A stretch of DNA of 63,586 nucleotides, filler included, from Lama guanicoe (GCA_013239625.1; 134 parts of 134 records of this genome joined end to end with filler, not necessarily neighbours in it); one strand, 5' to 3'; shown: positions 25,609 through 39,391, numbered from the whole stretch's first letter. A program made the numbers and translations. The notes: generated by a model not told the origin, from the sequence alone.

Positions 25609-25982
25609 TCCAGTCATCTGTCAATGGGTATTTGGGTTGTTTTCATGTCTTGGCTACTGTAAATAGTGCTGCTGTGAACATTGGGGGTGCATGCATCTTT
25701 TCAACATATACTTTTCTCCAGATATACACCCGTGAGTGGGATTGCTTGATCATATGGCAAGTCTTTTTTAATTTTTTTGACTACTCCCAATACTGTCCTC
25801 CATAATGGCTGCACCAGTTTACATTCCCACCGACAGTATGATGGTTCCTTTTTCTCCACTTCCTCTCCAGCATTTATCATCGGTGGAATTTTTAAAGGTG
25901 CTCATTCTGACTGACGTGAGGTGATACCTCATCGTAGTTTTGATTTGCATTTCTCTTACAATTAGTGATATTGAACATTTTT
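25609..25982 (-). mobile_element. LINE-1 ORF2 3' fragment
   Basis: gtcttggctactgtaaatagtgctgc...tttacattcccaccgacag...gttttgatttgcatttctc. Confidence 0.95.
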
Positions 25983-28457
25983 NNNNNNNNNNNNNNNNNN
26001 NNNNNNNNNNNNNNNNNNNNNNNNNNTTAATTAATTAANNNNNNNNNNNNNNNNNNNNNNNNNNNNNNNNNNNNNNNNNNNNTAGCAATTTTCCCAAGAG
26101 AAATGACAACATATTTTCACATAAAGACTTATCCACAATTGTTCATACTAAATCTACATAATAGCCAAAAACTGGGAAAAAGTTCCCAGATGTGCATCAA
26201 CAGGTGACTGAATAAACAAATTGCTATCTATCCAAAATATGGCTTCATTCTTTTGTTTCTTAAATCTCCCATTTCTTTTTTCATTATATTCATATATTCC
26301 ATTAAATCCTGCAGCATATATCCTGCAGTTATTTTAGTCATTCTCTGCTGATTCAATTATTATTGTTAATTTTCTATCTTTTTCTATTGATTGATTTTTT
26401 TTCTTCTGTTCATTTGTGAAAGGGTTCTGCTTCTAGACGTGTGTAGTAAATTTTTCANNNNNNNNNNNNNNNNNNNNNNNNNNNNNNNNNNNNNNNNNNN
26501 NTTAATTAATTAANNNNNNNNNNNNNNNNNNNNNNNNNNNNNNNNNNNNNNNNNNNNTTTTTTTTGTAAAGTGTATACACAGTCTCATATTCTGTTATAT
26601 TCTCCATTTGTCCCCTACAGGATATTAAAGCTGTCACCTCAGTGACCTTCTGAATCTCCAACTACACCCAGAACTTTTGTACTTTCAGTTGTAAATGCAT
26701 GCATCATAGTTAGTTTTAAAAAGATGCACTTTAAGTTATCTGATTGATTACTAACATTTTTCTCAATGTTATTTTTTCCCACAGGTTACTAGATCTAAGC
26801 AGAATTAAATATTTTCTCAATCACCAGGAAATTCATAAAGTGCACATAGGTCTAAAGTAGTAAAACTCACACTAGCATATGAGGAGTAGGAGGTCTTAAT
26901 CTAGAAACATTTGTTTGAACTCATCACCCATANNNNNNNNNNNNNNNNNNNNNNNNNNNNNNNNNNNNNNNNNNNNTTAATTAATTAANNNNNNNNNNNN
27001 NNNNNNNNNNNNNNNNNNNNNNNNNNNNNNNNGCAACCCCTCCCTCCCTACTGCCACAAGCTTTAAATAGGCTCCTCTGAGTACAGGGGAGGTGGGTGAG
27101 GAAGAACTGGGACAATGATGGGGTAAACTTATCTTCACTGGCTCAAACACTAGTTTGTTTGGAGGATAGAGACCATAAAAATACCAAAAATAAGACACAA
27201 AGATTTATCTACGGAGAGAATTCTGCAACAGTTGTGTGAGTAATATTTATTTTTAAGAATTTAAACTCTCCAGAAATGGCCCTAAGGGTATGCAGAAGAG
27301 GGAGAACCATTTATTCAAATCTTGATGAGAAGAGGGAGAGTCTTGGCATCTGGGCCAGGCCTGCCCCCTTCCCTCCCTCTCACAACAGCCTAGTGTGATA
27401 GAAGGCTNNNNNNNNNNNNNNNNNNNNNNNNNNNNNNNNNNNNNNNNNNNNTTAATTAATTAANNNNNNNNNNNNNNNNNNNNNNNNNNNNNNNNNNNNN
27501 NNNNNNNAGGAACTGCTGCCTGAGGTCATCCCACCCTATGGCCTCCCAGGACTGACTCTGTTCTGGGGTCCAGGGTCCCTCAGTGCTCCCTCGCGGTCAT
27601 CTCCTTCACTCCCACTGGCACCTCAGATTCTCTTTTCTACAGACCTAGGACCCCCCCACCCCTTACGCTATGTCCCGAGTCTCTCTGACCGAGATGCAGA
27701 AGTCAGGACACTCCGATTGGGCTCATCCCGCCCTGGGCCCTCAAGACGGCTGACAGCAGGGGAACATTTATGTGGAATGGCCTCTTTTCTGGGGTCCTGG
27801 GTCCCTTCCCTCTTCCCTCAGGGACCTCAATTTGAGTCAGACGGCATGTAGTCTCCCCTCTGCCCACTGCAGGCCCCCCCCCNNNNNNNNNNNNNNNNNN
27901 NNNNNNNNNNNNNNNNNNNNNNNNNNTTAATTAATTAANNNNNNNNNNNNNNNNNNNNNNNNNNNNNNNNNNNNNNNNNNNNTACCATAGAAACCTTCAG
28001 TGACTTTGCATTGCCTTGAGGATGAAGTCAACTCACCTTAGCAGGGATGTCACCAGTATTTAGTTAGTGGTACTAATGTTGAGGGTTTTGCCGAGAACAC
28101 CAGGCCTCTGGTTATCACTCCCCTGCCTGTATGGGAAGCCTCATCTTTACTACATTCCTCTGTTTCATTATCCACAGAACTCACAATCCTGGCCCCTTAC
28201 TACTTTTGCACGTGGGTTTTCCTGGGATGGGAAAAGCTCTTGCCATTCATGTGCTTGAGGACTCAACTTGGAAATCATGGCCCATATTCCCCCAGCACCA
28301 CTCTCCAGTTTGCACGCACACTTCCAGAACTCTGCATGTATTTCATTCATAAGACTTNNNNNNNNNNNNNNNNNNNNNNNNNNNNNNNNNNNNNNNNNNN
28401 NTTAATTAATTAANNNNNNNNNNNNNNNNNNNNNNNNNNNNNNNNNNNNNNNNNNNN

Positions 28458-28590
28458 CTATATCTCCTAGCTCCTCCCCTATCTCTTCGGAGCAGTCCCT
28501 CAGAGCTATGTGAGAGGCTGTCATCTAGGGCTCGAGTCCTCCCGCCAAATAAAACAGAACTCTCAACTTTTAGGCCGTGCGTTAATGTCA
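28458..28590 (+). mobile_element. ERV1 LTR 3' portion
   Basis: ggagcagtccctcagagctatgtgagaggctgtc...aaataaaacagaactctcaact, an LTR R/U5-like region with a polyA signal. Confidence 0.6.
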
Positions 28591-29407
28591 GTCGACATGC
28601 CTTCTGTCTAATGTAGTGAAGCCCAGTAAGACTCCTTAGAAGGGCATGTACGGCCTTTAAAAATAAAAATCTAGCATAAAGACAGGTAGTGCAGCACAAA
28701 TTGATCACAAACAATCTGAGGCCCTTCAAATGACATAATGTGGATAACTTCCTACTTGGACTACCCTTTCATTTTGAATAATGGTGACAAAAGCCCCTGG
28801 GTCATTCCATAAGGAATACTATATGCTACTACNNNNNNNNNNNNNNNNNNNNNNNNNNNNNNNNNNNNNNNNNNNNTTAATTAATTAANNNNNNNNNNNN
28901 NNNNNNNNNNNNNNNNNNNNNNNNNNNNNNNNTTTTCCTTTTGTGATTCTTTTTTGTTGTTGTTTTCATGCAAGTATTGCAGGCTTTCTGATTTTTCTAC
29001 AATAAATATGGAATTTATTCTACAATAAACATTTTTTCTTTTCCCAGAAACAAATAATGCTCCCTCCACCCCCAACTGTGTTTTAGAAGACCTTTTTTTC
29101 AGCAAGGAATCTTCTTTCTTTCCCTTATTCTTGCCATGAGTCCCTTTTTGCCAAGTCTGAGGGATCTCTGTGGAATCAAATTTACTTTTTGTTAAAATAA
29201 GCAATTTATCACTGATAATCTGCATTTTTATAGTAGTATTTCTAGTCTCTATTTCTTTCTGAGAACTGTGGGGTTTTTGTCCACTATAGAGTTGAAGGTT
29301 AAAAAAANNNNNNNNNNNNNNNNNNNNNNNNNNNNNNNNNNNNNNNNNNNNTTAATTAATTAANNNNNNNNNNNNNNNNNNNNNNNNNNNNNNNNNNNNN
29401 NNNNNNN

Positions 29408-29782
29408 ATATATGTATGTAGTGTAGTTTCCCACTCAAAAGAAACTGAGTTCCCAACAAGCCAAGTGATCCATGACATTGACAAAGAATTAACTCTCAGA
29501 ATTGAGCATGTGGAGAGACTTTCGTTCATCTAGCATAAAGGGAATGAGTTGCAGTAGAAACAGTTATTCTAGTTTCTCAGTATATTTCCTAGTTCCTGTT
29601 TGAATTTAATGCAATTTTCTCTGTAAAACCGAGTTTTAGCTCGTACCTCCCTTCATATATGTATGTAATGTTATTGTCCACTGAATTGAAACTTGTGTCC
29701 CCAACAAGCTAAGTGATTGACGGCTTTCACACACAGTGAACTCTCAGAATTGAGCATGTGGGAGACGTTCGTTCACCCAGCA
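29408..29782 (+). repeat. ~248-bp tandem satellite, 1.5 units
   Basis: atatatgtatgta at 29408/29655, ccaacaagc at 29453/29701 and aactctcagaattgagcatgtgg at 29491/29739. Confidence 0.9.
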
Positions 29783-30357
29783 NNNNNNNNNNNNNNNNNN
29801 NNNNNNNNNNNNNNNNNNNNNNNNNNTTAATTAATTAANNNNNNNNNNNNNNNNNNNNNNNNNNNNNNNNNNNNNNNNNNNNTAGGCACATCGTGTATTT
29901 TTAGGCTAAAAAATATTTGGAGAGTAGTCTAGAAATTGACTCCCGTAAAGCTGTATATGGGTGTACCCCATGGAAAGCCTTTGTGTATGTCTAAGGGTTC
30001 ACATACCCTCATTTGAAAACTGCTATTTCAGAACATTGGTTAAGAGAGCATCTGCTTTTTTAACTTCCATTGCTATCATTGCTTTTATTTTCTTTTATCA
30101 TCATAATCATCCCTTGCCTGTTCCAAAACCTGTTGTCCCTGGTCTCATTCCTCAGAGATAATCGTTGTTACCAGCAGTAGTTTATTGTACACTAGATTTT
30201 TTTCTGGTAATTTCAAAACATGTTAGCAACTTTTCCTGACTGGTCACAAACTTTTCTNNNNNNNNNNNNNNNNNNNNNNNNNNNNNNNNNNNNNNNNNNN
30301 NTTAATTAATTAANNNNNNNNNNNNNNNNNNNNNNNNNNNNNNNNNNNNNNNNNNNN

Positions 30358-30731
30358 TATAGTAGTATGTATATGTTAATCTCAAACTCCTAATTTATCC
30401 CTCCCCACTCCCTCCTTTCCCCTTTGGTAACCATAAGTTTGTTTTCTATTTCTGAGTCTATTTTTATTTTATAAATAAATTCATTTGTATCTTTTTTTAG
30501 AATCTACATATAAGTGATATCACATAGTATTTGCCTTTCTCTGTCTGACTTACTTAGTATGATAATTCCTAACTTTATCCATATCACTGCAAATGACATT
30601 ATGCTATTATTTATATGGCATACTAGTATTCCATTATATATGTATATACATGTATAAATGTATATATATTATATACTATATATGTATATGTGTGTATATA
30701 TGTGTATATGTATACACACACACACACACAC
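30358..30731 (-). mobile_element. LINE-1 3'UTR fragment ending in a (TA)n/(CA)n microsatellite
   Basis: ccctttggtaaccataagtttgttttcta...acatataagtgatatcac...ctgtctgacttac. Confidence 0.9.
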
Positions 30732-33206
30732 NNNNNNNNNNNNNNNNNNNNNNNNNNNNNNNNNNNNNNNNNNNNTTAATTAATTAANNNNNNNNNNNNN
30801 NNNNNNNNNNNNNNNNNNNNNNNNNNNNNNNATTGAAAAAGATTCCGAGCATTATCTGAAAAAAGGGAAAGCGCAGGTTGTTGAACTCAGGCACCTGACC
30901 TGGTCACTGCCTAAACTCCTCCCACTTCGAATGTTGCCACAACATCTGTGTTTGGGATTGCCAGAATGAGCTGGATTAGGGATGGCTGTTGCTGGATTTG
31001 GACTCCTGTCACCCAGAATAGGGCGTGAGTGGTGACACAGAGACTTGGCTGGGGCAAGGGCAAGAATAGTGAGCAACCGAGGAACCCAGATTATGCTCCC
31101 TCCAGAGGCGTGATTATCACGGGACAGAGGGGAGGGGTTAGGAGGAATCGGTACTTCTTCATATTATTTCTTCCTGGTTTGGGGCGGGTAGAGTCCTGGG
31201 GAAACANNNNNNNNNNNNNNNNNNNNNNNNNNNNNNNNNNNNNNNNNNNNTTAATTAATTAANNNNNNNNNNNNNNNNNNNNNNNNNNNNNNNNNNNNNN
31301 NNNNNNCACACAAGGCCTCAGAGCCCAGGGTCCCCCTGGCTGACATCCCCCACCGCACCAGCCACCCAGCGCCCTTCACACCAGCCCACTGCCCCTGCCT
31401 CCCCCAGGCCTGTCCCTCCTCCCAGGGATGCTGGGTCACCACTGCCCAGAGCTCCTGTCCACCCCATGCACCTTGCACAGAGCACCCACTTGTCCTCCTG
31501 ACACCACTCAATAGCTTATTCCAGGCCTTGGTGTCCTCACCGGGACCACCTCTCCAGAGCTGTGCCCCACCCTCCATGCCCAGCTCACACGGCCTCCGGT
31601 AGTAACCAGTGTGATGAGCCCACCTGTTCAGAACCCTGGGACAGCAGTTCTGATCAAGCCTGTGACAACCCTGGGTCACTANNNNNNNNNNNNNNNNNNN
31701 NNNNNNNNNNNNNNNNNNNNNNNNNTTAATTAATTAANNNNNNNNNNNNNNNNNNNNNNNNNNNNNNNNNNNNNNNNNNNNGAACTTAGTGCTTCCATTT
31801 ATTTTACAGATGACAAAACTAACTGAGCATTGGTAAAGTTACAGAATATGCCTCAAGTCACACAGAGAACTGGTGACAGGACCGAGCCCAGAACTCAGTC
31901 CTGTAGTCCCCATCGCTTGCACTTTCTGCAGTCCCCCACTGCTCACCTCGTTCAAGTCCGTGGTCTGTGATTCTCAGCTCTACTCTTGTCTGCAATGGAC
32001 CTTTTGCTGGAGACCCTCTCCCACCTCCTGTCCACAAGCCTCTCAAGGCACCTTCCTCACCAGGTCTGGTCCTCTCTCTATCCCATGTCTGCCTCTGAGT
32101 GTTCAGTTTCCTCCCTGATTCTAAGAGAACTCTGCAGACACAACGGGCTGTCTCAGNNNNNNNNNNNNNNNNNNNNNNNNNNNNNNNNNNNNNNNNNNNN
32201 TTAATTAATTAANNNNNNNNNNNNNNNNNNNNNNNNNNNNNNNNNNNNNNNNNNNNTAATGTTTTGAATTCTCAGAGAGCCTCTGAATGCAAATCATAAC
32301 CTGAATAGAGTATTCATGGACTAGCAGCCCAGAGACCTGGTTCAGATTTTAGCTAAAGAACTTCAGGCAGTCATTTAACGTCTCCCAGAGTCGTTTCTTC
32401 AATCTTTGGTTTTACAGATTGGGATGGAGGCTAACTAAGAGCACTTGCAACACTTTATTTTTAAATAAACTACAATTAAGGATTTAAACTATTAAATGTA
32501 GAGTATTTGAAAAAAGTTTAGATATTCTAGTTATCTAATGGATATTGTGCTTCATATTTAATGAATCATCACATTTAGGAATATGTAACATGAAAAATAA
32601 CTACTGATTACACAGTAAAAGATAAAGGAAANNNNNNNNNNNNNNNNNNNNNNNNNNNNNNNNNNNNNNNNNNNNTTAATTAATTAANNNNNNNNNNNNN
32701 NNNNNNNNNNNNNNNNNNNNNNNNNNNNNNNCAGTGGGTTTGTGAGCCTGGCAGGATCCTGTTGGGAGGGGAGGCACGCAGTGCCCTGTTCTCCGGTGTC
32801 TTGGGTTCACTGTGCATGTGAACCTCCCATGTGCTCCCTGTTTCTTCAGGGGATGGGGTGGTCAGGCCCAACTTCCTGCCAGGCCTGACTCTCAGACCCC
32901 AGTGGACCCCCAGGGCTGATTATCCTAAGGCTCCACCTGGGCCATCCCAGCCTCAGTTGTGGTGCTCCTGCTGCCTCTGCTGCCCCCTGCTGGTGGATGA
33001 GAGCCAGACCAGGATCTTCTCTCCTGCAGGTCACCTCAAAGGTATGTCACCTGAGTAGGTGTGGAGCAGGGATTCCAGCCCTGCCTCTGGGCCAGCTGTG
33101 ACCCCGNNNNNNNNNNNNNNNNNNNNNNNNNNNNNNNNNNNNNNNNNNNNTTAATTAATTAANNNNNNNNNNNNNNNNNNNNNNNNNNNNNNNNNNNNNN
33201 NNNNNN

Positions 33207-33582
33207 TATTGGTACAATTCGTTGAAAAGTAGTTTTATGCTTTGGAAGGTTTATTTTGGCTGTTGTGTAGAGGATGGATTGTGGTAACAGGAGGGAATAG
33301 GAAGAGGGTGACCCATTAAAAATGTTTTCATTTGTTTAGGTAGGAGATGATGGTGAATAGGACCAGGGTGATAGCAGAGTAGATGAAGTGAAATAGATTC
33401 AAGGGTATTTGGAGCTGTCGAGTGGAAAGCACTTGCTGATGGATTAGATGTGGCAGTGAGAAAAAGAGATAATAGAGATGAGTAAGTTTTTAACATGAGA
33501 AACTGGATGTATGGTAATTATATTTACAAAAGGAGACGAGACTGAAGGAAGAAGGCTTGGAGGTTGAGACAGAGGAATCAAA
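33207..33582 (-). mobile_element. LINE-2 fragment
   Basis: gagatgatggtg...ggaccagggtg...acttgctgatggattagatgtgg. Confidence 0.75.
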
Positions 33583-34634
33583 NNNNNNNNNNNNNNNNNN
33601 NNNNNNNNNNNNNNNNNNNNNNNNNNTTAATTAATTAANNNNNNNNNNNNNNNNNNNNNNNNNNNNNNNNNNNNNNNNNNNNGATTTTGGGGTTCCAAAG
33701 CCAGCATTTCTGCTACACTAGGCTGTCCCTCATTGAATGTCTTCTGAATGTTGTTTGGAAGTGGGTAGTGTCAGCCTCACGGCGTTAGATGGCTGTTCAT
33801 TGGATAACTTCTGTCTGAGCACAGCTTCCTCTGTCCTAGACACTGGGCAGACGCTCAGCATCGCAGTTAACCAGTTAACTAGTCAAGTACAATTCTGATA
33901 AAAGCTACAGTTGAGCCTCCCTTCCTCCCACTCGTCACCCTTTGGTTTCTTGATGCTCTATTTGCGTCGTCAAATACTACCTCTGTTCCCTGCCTTCCTC
34001 CAAGCCCCAAATCAAAATCATAGACATTGGTTCCTTAGAAACAGCATTAACTCACCAANNNNNNNNNNNNNNNNNNNNNNNNNNNNNNNNNNNNNNNNNN
34101 NNTTAATTAATTAANNNNNNNNNNNNNNNNNNNNNNNNNNNNNNNNNNNNNNNNNNNNTAAACGCTGCCTCTCTGAATCACAGCTACTTCCGCTGGAGGG
34201 ACACTTTTTCCTGCCTCCCACACAGGTGGGAGACCAAGACCTGGCACCAACTAGGACCGAACTGGCCCTCAATGTTATACCCCTAAGGAAGGCAAGGCTC
34301 TCCGTCTTTGGCCTTTTTGGGGCAGGAAGCCAGACATTTTCAAATTTAAAGTTAAATCACAAGACATATGCCCCCTGGAAATTTTCAGTGGAAGTTGGAA
34401 AATGACGGGATGAGCCCATCAGAGTAGGAATAAAGATGGTGCGGGCCCTTTAAATTCTGAGAAGTCAAAGGGCATTACAGGAGGCCTTCTTCATGCCTAG
34501 CAGCTTCTCCGGCTGGTTCCTCGTCCTCACCTCANNNNNNNNNNNNNNNNNNNNNNNNNNNNNNNNNNNNNNNNNNNNTTAATTAATTAANNNNNNNNNN
34601 NNNNNNNNNNNNNNNNNNNNNNNNNNNNNNNNNN

Positions 34635-35009
34635 TTTTTTATGCTCACATGGAGGAAGCAGGCCAGGGAGGTTTACCAGGCTTCTCTCCCAGGCACAGTA
34701 ATCCCACTGGTCAGGGTTCCGCCCTCATGACGTAATCGTCTCCTAAAGGCCCCCCACCTCCCAGTACCACCCTTACCTTGGGGGTTAACACTCCTTCAAT
34801 ATATGCATTTTAGGAAAAACATTCAGGACCATGACATGTAGCCCCAAGTTACTCAATCGAATTTTTTTCTAGCTATTGCTATAGAGGTATTTTATAGATG
34901 AAATTCAAGTCCATAATGAGCTGATTTAAATAAGGAATATTATCCTAGTTAATCTTGATGGTCACCCCATCAGCTGAAAGGCCTTAAAAGCAGAGCTGAT
35001 GCTTCCCCT
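34635..35009. mobile_element. MaLR MLT1 LTR end (to ~34836) abutting an MLT2/ERVL-like LTR start
   Basis: taatcccact...ccgccctcatgacgtaatc...aaaggccccccacctcccagtacc, then atcagctgaaaggccttaaaagcagagctga. Confidence 0.7.
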
Positions 35010-35129
35010 NNNNNNNNNNNNNNNNNNNNNNNNNNNNNNNNNNNNNNNNNNNNTTAATTAATTAANNNNNNNNNNNNNNNNNNNNNNNNNNNNNNNNNNN
35101 NNNNNNNNNGTGGGGCAGTAAAGACAGGC

Positions 35130-35310
35130 TGACTTCACCCTCTGGGCCTCAGTTTCCTCATCTGTAAAATAGCAGTGATGATAGCAAGGGTTTCAGCTAT
35201 GCCGTGGTGAGGGGGTGAGAACTAAGTGAGTTATACGCTAAGCCACTGAAATCAGGGCCTGGAGCTGGCACTTAATAAATGTTCAGTAAAAACACTTAAC
35301 TGTCATTATC
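35130..35310 (+). mobile_element. MIR SINE
   Basis: Canonical core ctctgggcctcagtttcctcatctgtaaaat. Weaker MIRs at ~31790, 32330, 49530, 50410 and 50920. Confidence 0.85.
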
Positions 35311-35584
35311 CTAGAGAGACAGGTGAGACTCCAGTGAGCGACTTGGATTACTTAATGTACATAGGAGGAGTACGAGTGGCATCTTAAAAATCTAAGGCTC
35401 ACTTACTGATCATTTCAACGTTTCTTTTTTCAAATTGTCATGTAGTGCCCCTCACCTCCCTCCTGCCCTTTCTCCAGTGCTGAANNNNNNNNNNNNNNNN
35501 NNNNNNNNNNNNNNNNNNNNNNNNNNNNTTAATTAATTAANNNNNNNNNNNNNNNNNNNNNNNNNNNNNNNNNNNNNNNNNNNN

Positions 35585-35959
35585 TCAATGATATTGGCCT
35601 GTAATTATTATTATTATTTTTTGGTAGTGTCTTTTTCTGGTTTTGGCATCAGGGTGATGGTGGCTTTATAGAATGAGTTTGGAAGTGTTACCTCCTCTTT
35701 AATCTTTTGGAAGAGTTTGAGAAGGATTGGAATGAGTTCTTTGTATGTTTGATAGGATTCCCCAGTGAAGCCATCTGCTCCTGGACTTTTGTTTTCAGGG
35801 AGATGTTTTATTCCTGATTTTCTTTCACTTCTAGTGATTGGTCTGTTCAAATTATTAATTTCTTCTTGATTCAGTTTTGGTGGACTATATGTTTCTAGAA
35901 ATTGGTCTATTTCTTCTAGGTTGTCCACTTTGTTGCCATATATAGTTGTTCATAGTATT
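35585..35959 (-). mobile_element. LINE-1 ORF2 fragment (region just before the RT domain)
   Basis: [77 protein letters not shown]. Confidence 0.97.
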
Positions 35960-37011
35960 NNNNNNNNNNNNNNNNNNNNNNNNNNNNNNNNNNNNNNNNN
36001 NNNTTAATTAATTAANNNNNNNNNNNNNNNNNNNNNNNNNNNNNNNNNNNNNNNNNNNNTCTGATTTCTCCCAAGGTTTAGGTAAATTTGAATGCTGCCA
36101 GAACACACTTAAGAAAATCGGACACAGTAAACTGGTCTTGAGGCAGAGAGGAGGAGGTGCAGTTATCCGAGCCCAAGGGCTGAAAGTCTGAATGAGGACA
36201 GGTGGGCAGACTGCAGGAGACGACGGGGCCTGACAAATGACTGGCCTTAGGGATGACGTGGACTCCAGAGACAAGAGTCACCCACAGTTCCGATACTTCC
36301 AGCCAAAAGCAGATGGAGATGGACAGGTGGAGAGGGTAGCTGGGAGGGCAAGAGTCTGCAAACATCGGGGTTGGGATTCGAAGGATGGCAGCTTTGCTGA
36401 GTATAAAGCAACGAAAGAACACCTCTTTGAACCGTNNNNNNNNNNNNNNNNNNNNNNNNNNNNNNNNNNNNNNNNNNNNTTAATTAATTAANNNNNNNNN
36501 NNNNNNNNNNNNNNNNNNNNNNNNNNNNNNNNNNNACGGCAGTAGTTGTTGAACCGCCACGACTTCGTCGCCGCTTGTACCCGCGTTTGGAAAAGCGGGT
36601 GCAGCCCCGGGAGGTGGGAGGGCGCTGGCCGGCCCCGGAGCACCTCCGACCGGCCCTCGGGTCATGGCCTGCTCCCGGCAGGCGGGTGCGGTGCGGTCAC
36701 GGGGCCGCCGCGGTGGGATGGGTGCTTCCCCGTGTGAGGCCCTGGGCTTGTTCCCTATTCCCCCGCGGCCTGGGCTGGGGTGGCCTCTGCTTCCCTATGT
36801 TGGCGGGGTGCACGTCTCGCGGCCAGCCTGCTCCTGGGAGGCGAAGTGGTCTGCAGCTGGGGGCCTGTCGACTTGCTCCCATCTCCCCCGCGTCCTGTCC
36901 TGGGGGCGGCCNNNNNNNNNNNNNNNNNNNNNNNNNNNNNNNNNNNNNNNNNNNNTTAATTAATTAANNNNNNNNNNNNNNNNNNNNNNNNNNNNNNNNN
37001 NNNNNNNNNNN

Positions 37012-37387
37012 AGTCAAAATCACAATGAGGAAGCACTTCATCCTCAGTAGGATGGCTATAATGAAAAAAACAGATGATAACAAGTGTTGATGAGCATGTG
37101 GAGAATGTGGATCCCTCCTATACACTGTTGATGGGAATGTAAAATGGTCCGGCCCCTTTGGAAAACAATCTGGTGGTTTCTTGGAAGGTTACACATAGAA
37201 TTATCGTATGACTGTGCAGTTCCACTCTTGGCCATTTTCTTAGTCAGCTCAGGCTGCTATAACAAGATACCATAGAGTGGGTGGCTTAAACAATAGGCTT
37301 TTATTTTTCAATTCTGGAAGCTGGGAAGATCAAGATTAAGGTGCTGACGGATTTGGTTCCTGATGAGAACTCTCCTCCTAGTTTGTA
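37012..37387. mobile_element. L1 ORF2 3' fragment (+, to ~37232) followed by an MLT1 LTR (-)
   Basis: gtcaaaatcacaatgag...gggaatgtaaaatgg, then cttagtcagctcaggctgctataacaagataccatagagtgggtggcttaaac. Confidence 0.85.
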
Positions 37388-37974
37388 NNNNNNNNNNNNN
37401 NNNNNNNNNNNNNNNNNNNNNNNNNNNNNNNTTAATTAATTAANNNNNNNNNNNNNNNNNNNNNNNNNNNNNNNNNNNNNNNNNNNNCTTCTATTCTGAT
37501 TATACATACAAGCACTTGAAAGACAATGATAAATTCAGCTACTATATTTTCAAGTGTTTATTTCATATTCTGTTTAAAGAGCCATAAAAATAATACAGTG
37601 ATTTGAGGGCTAAATTCCTTGGAGTAAATCAAGAGGCATGCAGAAATGAATATCATTATTCCAAAGTGAGTATGTAAATACAAAGGGAAAATTAAACATG
37701 CTTACAAGCCCTCAGATCTTTGAGGCATATTTTAGTGTGCATCACTTTCCAAATGTAGGAATAACTTTTTTATATTATTGTTTAAAAAGTTATTTCTGTG
37801 ATGATGAAAAATAACAATAGATAATGTTATTATCCAGGACATACATTCCCTTTCTCTCTCTCTNNNNNNNNNNNNNNNNNNNNNNNNNNNNNNNNNNNNN
37901 NNNNNNNTTAATTAATTAANNNNNNNNNNNNNNNNNNNNNNNNNNNNNNNNNNNNNNNNNNNNTACAGTCTGTG

Positions 37975-38339
37975 GGAACAGTTCCCATAGGGCTGATGTC
38001 AGTTCAGACACTGGTCAAAAGTTCAAGGGATCTCAGGGCTGTTCTCATTTGTACTTGGCTGAAAATTAGTGGTCTTCACAATCACCCGCACATTTGATAA
38101 TTTACTGGAATCCACTCTATGTTATTGACAATGTTTGTATCCCTTCCACCAAATTCACCTATTGAAATCCTAACTCCCTGTGTGATGGTATTAGGAGGTG
38201 CGGTCTTTGGAAATTATTTAAGTCATGATGATTCAAGCCTCAAGAATGGACTAATGCCCTGAAAAGTGTCCCCAGAGAGCTCTCCAGCTATTCTCCATCA
38301 TGTGAGGACATAATGAGAGGCTGGCAGTCTGCTACCCAG
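37975..38339. mobile_element. MER21-like LTR piece followed by an MLT1A-type LTR (+, from ~38120)
   Basis: aatgtttgtatccc...aaattcacctattgaaatcctaactccc...gtgatggtattaggaggtg...catgtgaggaca. Confidence 0.75.
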
Positions 38340-38439
38340 NNNNNNNNNNNNNNNNNNNNNNNNNNNNNNNNNNNNNNNNNNNNTTAATTAATTAANNNNN
38401 NNNNNNNNNNNNNNNNNNNNNNNNNNNNNNNNNNNNNNN

Positions 38440-38815
38440 TATTCCCTTAGAGTTCTCTTTGGAACAAACCTTCTCATTTTGAAATATACATAGGCTGAGA
38501 ATTTTCCAAATCTCTAAATTCTAATTACTTTTGGCCTAACAATTCTGTCTTCAATTTATCTCTCTCCTGATGTGTTACTATAAGCAGTCATGAGAAATGA
38601 AGCCGCTTCTTCAGCATTTTATTGAGAGATCCCCTCAGGTGAATATTCAGTTTCATCACTCCCAAGTTCCACCTTCCACAAAACACTAGAATATAGTTCA
38701 GTCAATTTCTTTGCCATATGATAACAAGAATTGCCTTGCTTCCAACTTTCAATAACATGTTCCTCATTTCCATTTGAGACCTAACCAGAATAGCCTTTAG
38801 CATTCCGTATTTCTA
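38440..38815 (-). mobile_element. MaLR internal sequence (MLT-int)
   Basis: ctgagaattttccaaatc...cagtttcatcactcccaagttccaccttccacaaaacactaga...aataacatgttcctcatttccatttgagacc. Confidence 0.75.
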
Positions 38816-38915
38816 NNNNNNNNNNNNNNNNNNNNNNNNNNNNNNNNNNNNNNNNNNNNTTAATTAATTAANNNNNNNNNNNNNNNNNNNNNNNNNNNNN
38901 NNNNNNNNNNNNNNN

Positions 38916-39146
38916 GGAAGAAGGGGACACCAGCCAAGGACTGGGGACAAGTCTCTAGAAGCTTTGAAAGATGAGGAAACAGATTCTCCACTAGAAAGAG
39001 TGCAGCCGTGCAGCCCTGCTGACACCCTGGTTTTAGCAAGACTCTTGTAAGACTTCTGACCTGCAGAACTGTAAGACAAAAACCTGCGTTGTTTCAGGCC
39101 ATCGGTGTACGGTAATTTGTCACGGCAGCCATGGGAAACTAACACA
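38916..39146 (+). mobile_element. MLT1C/D-type LTR, 3' half
   Basis: ggaaacagattctcc...gcagccctgctgacacc...gacttctgacctgcagaactgtaaga...ggtaatttgtcacggcagccatgggaaactaacaca. Confidence 0.9.
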
Positions 39147-39391
39147 GAGCTCACAGCACAGCATCTCCACCCTCACCCTCTCCCGAAGGCTCCCGTCTGG
39201 TGGATCTGCCACACAGACTCACCTGGCTCCCAAGGGACCTCCACTTTTTTCTTTGCCATCATGCAGTCCTCATTTCCCAAGCCATCAACCCNNNNNNNNN
39301 NNNNNNNNNNNNNNNNNNNNNNNNNNNNNNNNNNNTTAATTAATTAANNNNNNNNNNNNNNNNNNNNNNNNNNNNNNNNNNNNNNNNNNNN

